From the NCBI GenBank assembly GCA_038215705.1, contig JBBQQQ010000001.1, positions 98,630 through 162,629 on the forward strand: a stretch of 64,000 bases of DNA, written 5' to 3'. The notes under the pieces are model-generated. The model did not search any database and was not told the origin of the DNA. It saw only the letters and a list, made by a program, of their open reading frames with translations. Shown here in pieces: positions 61,412 to 64,000 of the stretch (its first letter is position 1; each line of letters opens with the position of its first letter). The position numbers and the translations under genes were made by a program. Origin of the DNA: Bacteroidia bacterium (GTDB taxonomy: Bacteria > Bacteroidota > Bacteroidia > AKYH767-A > OLB10).

Positions 61412-62811
61412 TGAAAAGATTGCTCCTGAATCGTTTATTTTTTATCGTATGTACGATAATCGTTAGTGCTGTGGGTCTTACAGGCTGTGATAATAACGAT
61501 GAAAAGGATATAACATTCACAGGACACATTGCTCCAATACTATATACTAACTGCACTTCCTGCCATCGTCCGGGGGAAGCAGGACCATTCACCCTTATAA
61601 CCTATACTGATGTCAGGAAAAAAGCAAAAACTATTGTTCGTGTTACACAATCAGGTATCATGCCTCCCTGGCCGGCAGATGCAGAATACCAGCAGTATGT
61701 GGGTCAGAAAGTATTGAGTGAAGAAGAAAAAGAGCTGATCAAAAAATGGTATGATCAGGGTTGTAAAGAAGGTGATGCAGACCTGCTGCCACCGCTGCCC
61801 GATTTTCCGGATGGCTCACAACTTGGAAAACCTGACCGGGTTATTATAATGGAGGAGCCTTATAGTATCGCCGGTGATAATAAGGACCGGTTCATGGTTA
61901 TTAAAATTCCATATGAACTTGAAAAAGATACATTTTTAAGAATGGTAGAATATGTTCCGGGTAACCGAAAGTTATCGCATCATGTTAACGGACATATCAT
62001 TCAATACTCTGATCACGAAAAAGCAAATGTTTTTACCGGCCCCAGGTTTGTCAACAGGGAGGAAGCAGGCACTCTTGATTCCAGTTACAGGTATCTTCAG
62101 TTGCTGAATGATGACGGTTCTTATCCATTGTTGACCCCTTCGGTATTCAATTACCTGCCGGGTGTAATACCCCAGATTTATCCTGAGGGAATAGGAGGAT
62201 ACCGGTTGAAAAAAAAGGGAGCCATTCTTATGCGAGATCTTCACTATGGCCCTTCGCCTGTACAACAGGAAGACAAAGCAAAAGTGAATTTATTTTTTTC
62301 AAAGGAACCACCCAAGCGTCCTTTTATGGAAACACAATTGGGAACCCTGGGCATATCAGAAATTGTTCCTCCGTTACTAATTCCAGCTGACACAGTGATG
62401 AAATTTGTTACAAGGGCAGTAATCCATAATGACATTTCTCTGGTAACCATTAATCCGCATATGCACTTGCTTGGTAAAAGCTTTCTTGCCTATGCAATCA
62501 CCCGTGACAATGATACAATCCCACTTGTACGGATTAAAAATTGGGATTTCAGATGGCAGTATTTTTACACTTTTAAAACTATTCTCCGAATCCCTGCAGG
62601 AAGTGTAATCGTGGCAGAAGGAGTATTCGATAACACCAAAAATAACCCTAACAATCCTTTTTCTCCTCCCCGAGAAATCACGGGCCTGGGAGGAAGCATG
62701 AAGACAACGGATGAAATGTTTCAATTGATTTTAACGTTTCTTCCTTATCAGGCGGGCGATGAAAAAATAAGTCTTGAAAATGTATCACCATTGGAAGGCG
62801 GATTACCCTGA
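61408..62811 (+). CDS. Fusion protein: mono-haem cytochrome c domain (CxxCH) + copper type II ascorbate-dependent monooxygenase (PHM/DBH)-like two-domain module
   Basis: 467 aa. Signal peptide/lipobox LTGCDN. HIAPILYTNCTSCHRPGEAGPF...MPPW is a haem c binding motif in a PSCyt-like context. Downstream ...SHHVNGH... is the CuH-site His cluster, and NPHMHLLGK (HxH) plus ...GGSMKTTDEM (Met) are the CuM-site pattern. Confidence 0.55.
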   Translation: MMKRLLLNRLFFIVCTIIVSAVGLTGCDNNDEKDITFTGHIAPILYTNCTSCHRPGEAGPFTLITYTDVRKKAKTIVRVTQSGIMPPWPADAEYQQYVGQKVLSEEEKELIKKWYDQGCKEGDADLLPPLPDFPDGSQLGKPDRVIIMEEPYSIAGDNKDRFMVIKIPYELEKDTFLRMVEYVPGNRKLSHHVNGHIIQYSDHEKANVFTGPRFVNREEAGTLDSSYRYLQLLNDDGSYPLLTPSVFNYLPGVIPQIYPEGIGGYRLKKKGAILMRDLHYGPSPVQQEDKAKVNLFFSKEPPKRPFMETQLGTLGISEIVPPLLIPADTVMKFVTRAVIHNDISLVTINPHMHLLGKSFLAYAITRDNDTIPLVRIKNWDFRWQYFYTFKTILRIPAGSVIVAEGVFDNTKNNPNNPFSPPREITGLGGSMKTTDEMFQLILTFLPYQAGDEKISLENVSPLEGGLP

Positions 62812-62878
62812 CAAAACTTATTTCCTGATTCGGCGTTAACAGAAAAGGCCGCATGAAGTCCCCGAAAAAAATATCCCC

Positions 62879-63172
62879 ATGAGATTAACCGCAATTCTTA
62901 AAAAAATATTTTTGGTACTTGCCCTGGTACTACCTTTTGCTTTAATGGCCCAGGATGATTCCAAACCCAGCAAAAAGCAAAAGAAAGCAGAACTTAAAAA
63001 AGAGCAGCGGGTTCAGGATACCAAAAAGGCAGAGATCAAGGGACAAAAACGTCATATGAAATTGCAAGAGAAACAAACCCGTAAACGCATGAAGAAAAAC
63101 AAGAAAAAAGGTTCCGCCTATGTTTCGAGGCGTCCGGGTTTTTTTCAGCGACTGACGAAATCTTTCCGGTGA
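62879..63172 (+). CDS. Small secreted lysine-rich protein
   Basis: 97 aa with a signal peptide. About 35% Lys/Arg. No family recognised. Confidence 0.35.
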   Translation: MRLTAILKKIFLVLALVLPFALMAQDDSKPSKKQKKAELKKEQRVQDTKKAEIKGQKRHMKLQEKQTRKRMKKNKKKGSAYVSRRPGFFQRLTKSFR

Positions 63173-63176
63173 TTTA

Positions 63177-64000
63177 CTAAGCGTATTCCCTCAGATCAAC
63201 CGGAACTACCTGCGTTACTCCCTGCTCAACCATTGTAATACCATACATTATATCTGTGGCTGACATTGTTTTCTTGTTGTGGGTGATAATGATGAACTGC
63301 GAATCGGCCGAAAACTTTTTAATGATCTTATTGAATTTGTCGATGTTTGAATCATCGAGGGGCGCATCAACCTCATCAAAAATACAAAACGGTGAAGGCT
63401 TAAGAAGATAAATTCCAAACAACAATGCTGTCGCAGTCAGGGTTTTTTCCCCTCCCGACAACTGGTGAATGGAAAGCGGTTTCTTGCCCTTTGGCTGGGC
63501 AATAATTTGCACATCAGAATCAAGTGGATTTGCAAGGTCGGTAAGAATCAGGTCGCAGTTATCTTCTTCTGAAAACAGCGAACGAAACACATGAATAAAA
63601 TTTTCACGCACTGCATGAAATGCATCCATGAATTTTTCTTTCGCCGTGTTATCGATTTCAGCAATGGTTTTTAACAGCGATTCTTTTGCTTCCTTAAGAT
63701 CATTTTGTTCCTTAACGATAAAATCATGACGCTCTTTAATTTCCTTAAATGACTCGAGGGCCATTGGATTGATAGGACCGAAATCTGATAACTGGCTTTT
63801 TAGTTTTTCTGAACGCGCCTTCAGCTCATCCGGATTCAATTCAGGATTTGGTTCCTGATCCATGATCTCTTCAAGCACAATATTAAATTCAATACTCAGC
63901 CTTTCTTTCAGGGAAGTCATTTTGAGTTTCAGATCATTGATCTGGTTATGTATTTCCCGGATAAGTAAATCAGAATGTTCTTTTTGCTTCCGCTTATCGG
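63177..64000 (-). CDS. smc: Chromosome segregation protein SMC, C-terminal part. The ORF continues past the right edge of the window.
   Basis: ABC signature LSGGEKTLTATALLFGI, Walker B CIFDEVDAPLD, D-loop, and coiled coil upstream. Confidence 0.8.
   Translation of the reverse strand, partial: DKRKQKEHSDLLIREIHNQINDLKLKMTSLKERLSIEFNIVLEEIMDQEPNPELNPDELKARSEKLKSQLSDFGPINPMALESFKEIKERHDFIVKEQNDLKEAKESLLKTIAEIDNTAKEKFMDAFHAVRENFIHVFRSLFSEEDNCDLILTDLANPLDSDVQIIAQPKGKKPLSIHQLSGGEKTLTATALLFGIYLLKPSPFCIFDEVDAPLDDSNIDKFNKIIKKFSADSQFIIITHNKKTMSATDIMYGITMVEQGVTQVVPVDLREYA

Noticed and set aside
1-64000. A scan for CRISPR arrays, IS elements/transposases and prophage genes
   Set aside because: I found no regularly spaced direct repeats and no transposase or integrase-like ORFs in the six-frame track. 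There are no phage structural gene candidates.

Overview
This 64 kb window looks like a core chromosomal segment of a Bacteroidota genome with roughly 40-45% GC. It carries gliding-motility/T9SS genes and T9SS C-terminal sorting domains. Genes are densely packed, mostly housekeeping, with many Bacteroidota-specific DUF families. The landmarks are listed here.

- **T9SS/gliding core:** a porP/sprF-like gene followed by the gldK-gldL-gldM-gldN operon (about 0.8-5.6 kb).
- **Metal-binding protein:** an orphan His-rich heavy-metal-binding lipoprotein.
- **Mutase:** a fused isobutyryl-CoA mutase (IcmF).
- **Housekeeping genes:** valS, a DAACS-family symporter, pyrE, birA, the rsfS-ftsH-LUD-DUF2007-cdsA operon, pfkA, coaD, rsmD, icd, dnaX, and a partial smc at the right edge.
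- **Fatty-acid operon:** a minus-strand beta-oxidation operon at 26.7-35.6 kb: fadD-like, fadB-like, a secreted MORN-repeat protein, thiolase, a small OM beta-barrel and an acyl-CoA dehydrogenase.
- **T9SS cargo:** two proteins with C-terminal sorting domains, an S8 peptidase and a PKD/P-domain protein.
- **Fe-S genes:** a NifU-like / ApbC pair.
- **tRNA:** one tRNA-Val(GAC) gene.

I see no transposase, integrase, CRISPR array or recognisable defence operon.

The less ordinary loci are these.

- **Cytochrome c / Cu monooxygenase pair:** a two-gene overlapping operon. A CxxC thioredoxin-fold lipoprotein is followed by a fusion of a CxxCH cytochrome c domain to a PHM/DBH-like copper monooxygenase (60.8-62.8 kb).
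- **Repeat protein:** a secreted protein built from five ~37-aa 'NG..PVVDLPEVEI' repeats.
- **Tandem DUF1573 pair:** two adjacent DUF1573 lipoproteins, one with a poly-Thr linker.
- **Embedded accessory genes:** the secreted MORN protein and the small barrel sitting inside the beta-oxidation operon.
- **Candidate operators:** nested palindromes upstream of that operon.
- **Flavin/hotdog/LEA cluster:** an NMO / hotdog / LEA_2 gene cluster.
- **tRNA oddity:** a C (rather than the usual U) at position 33 of the tRNA-Val.
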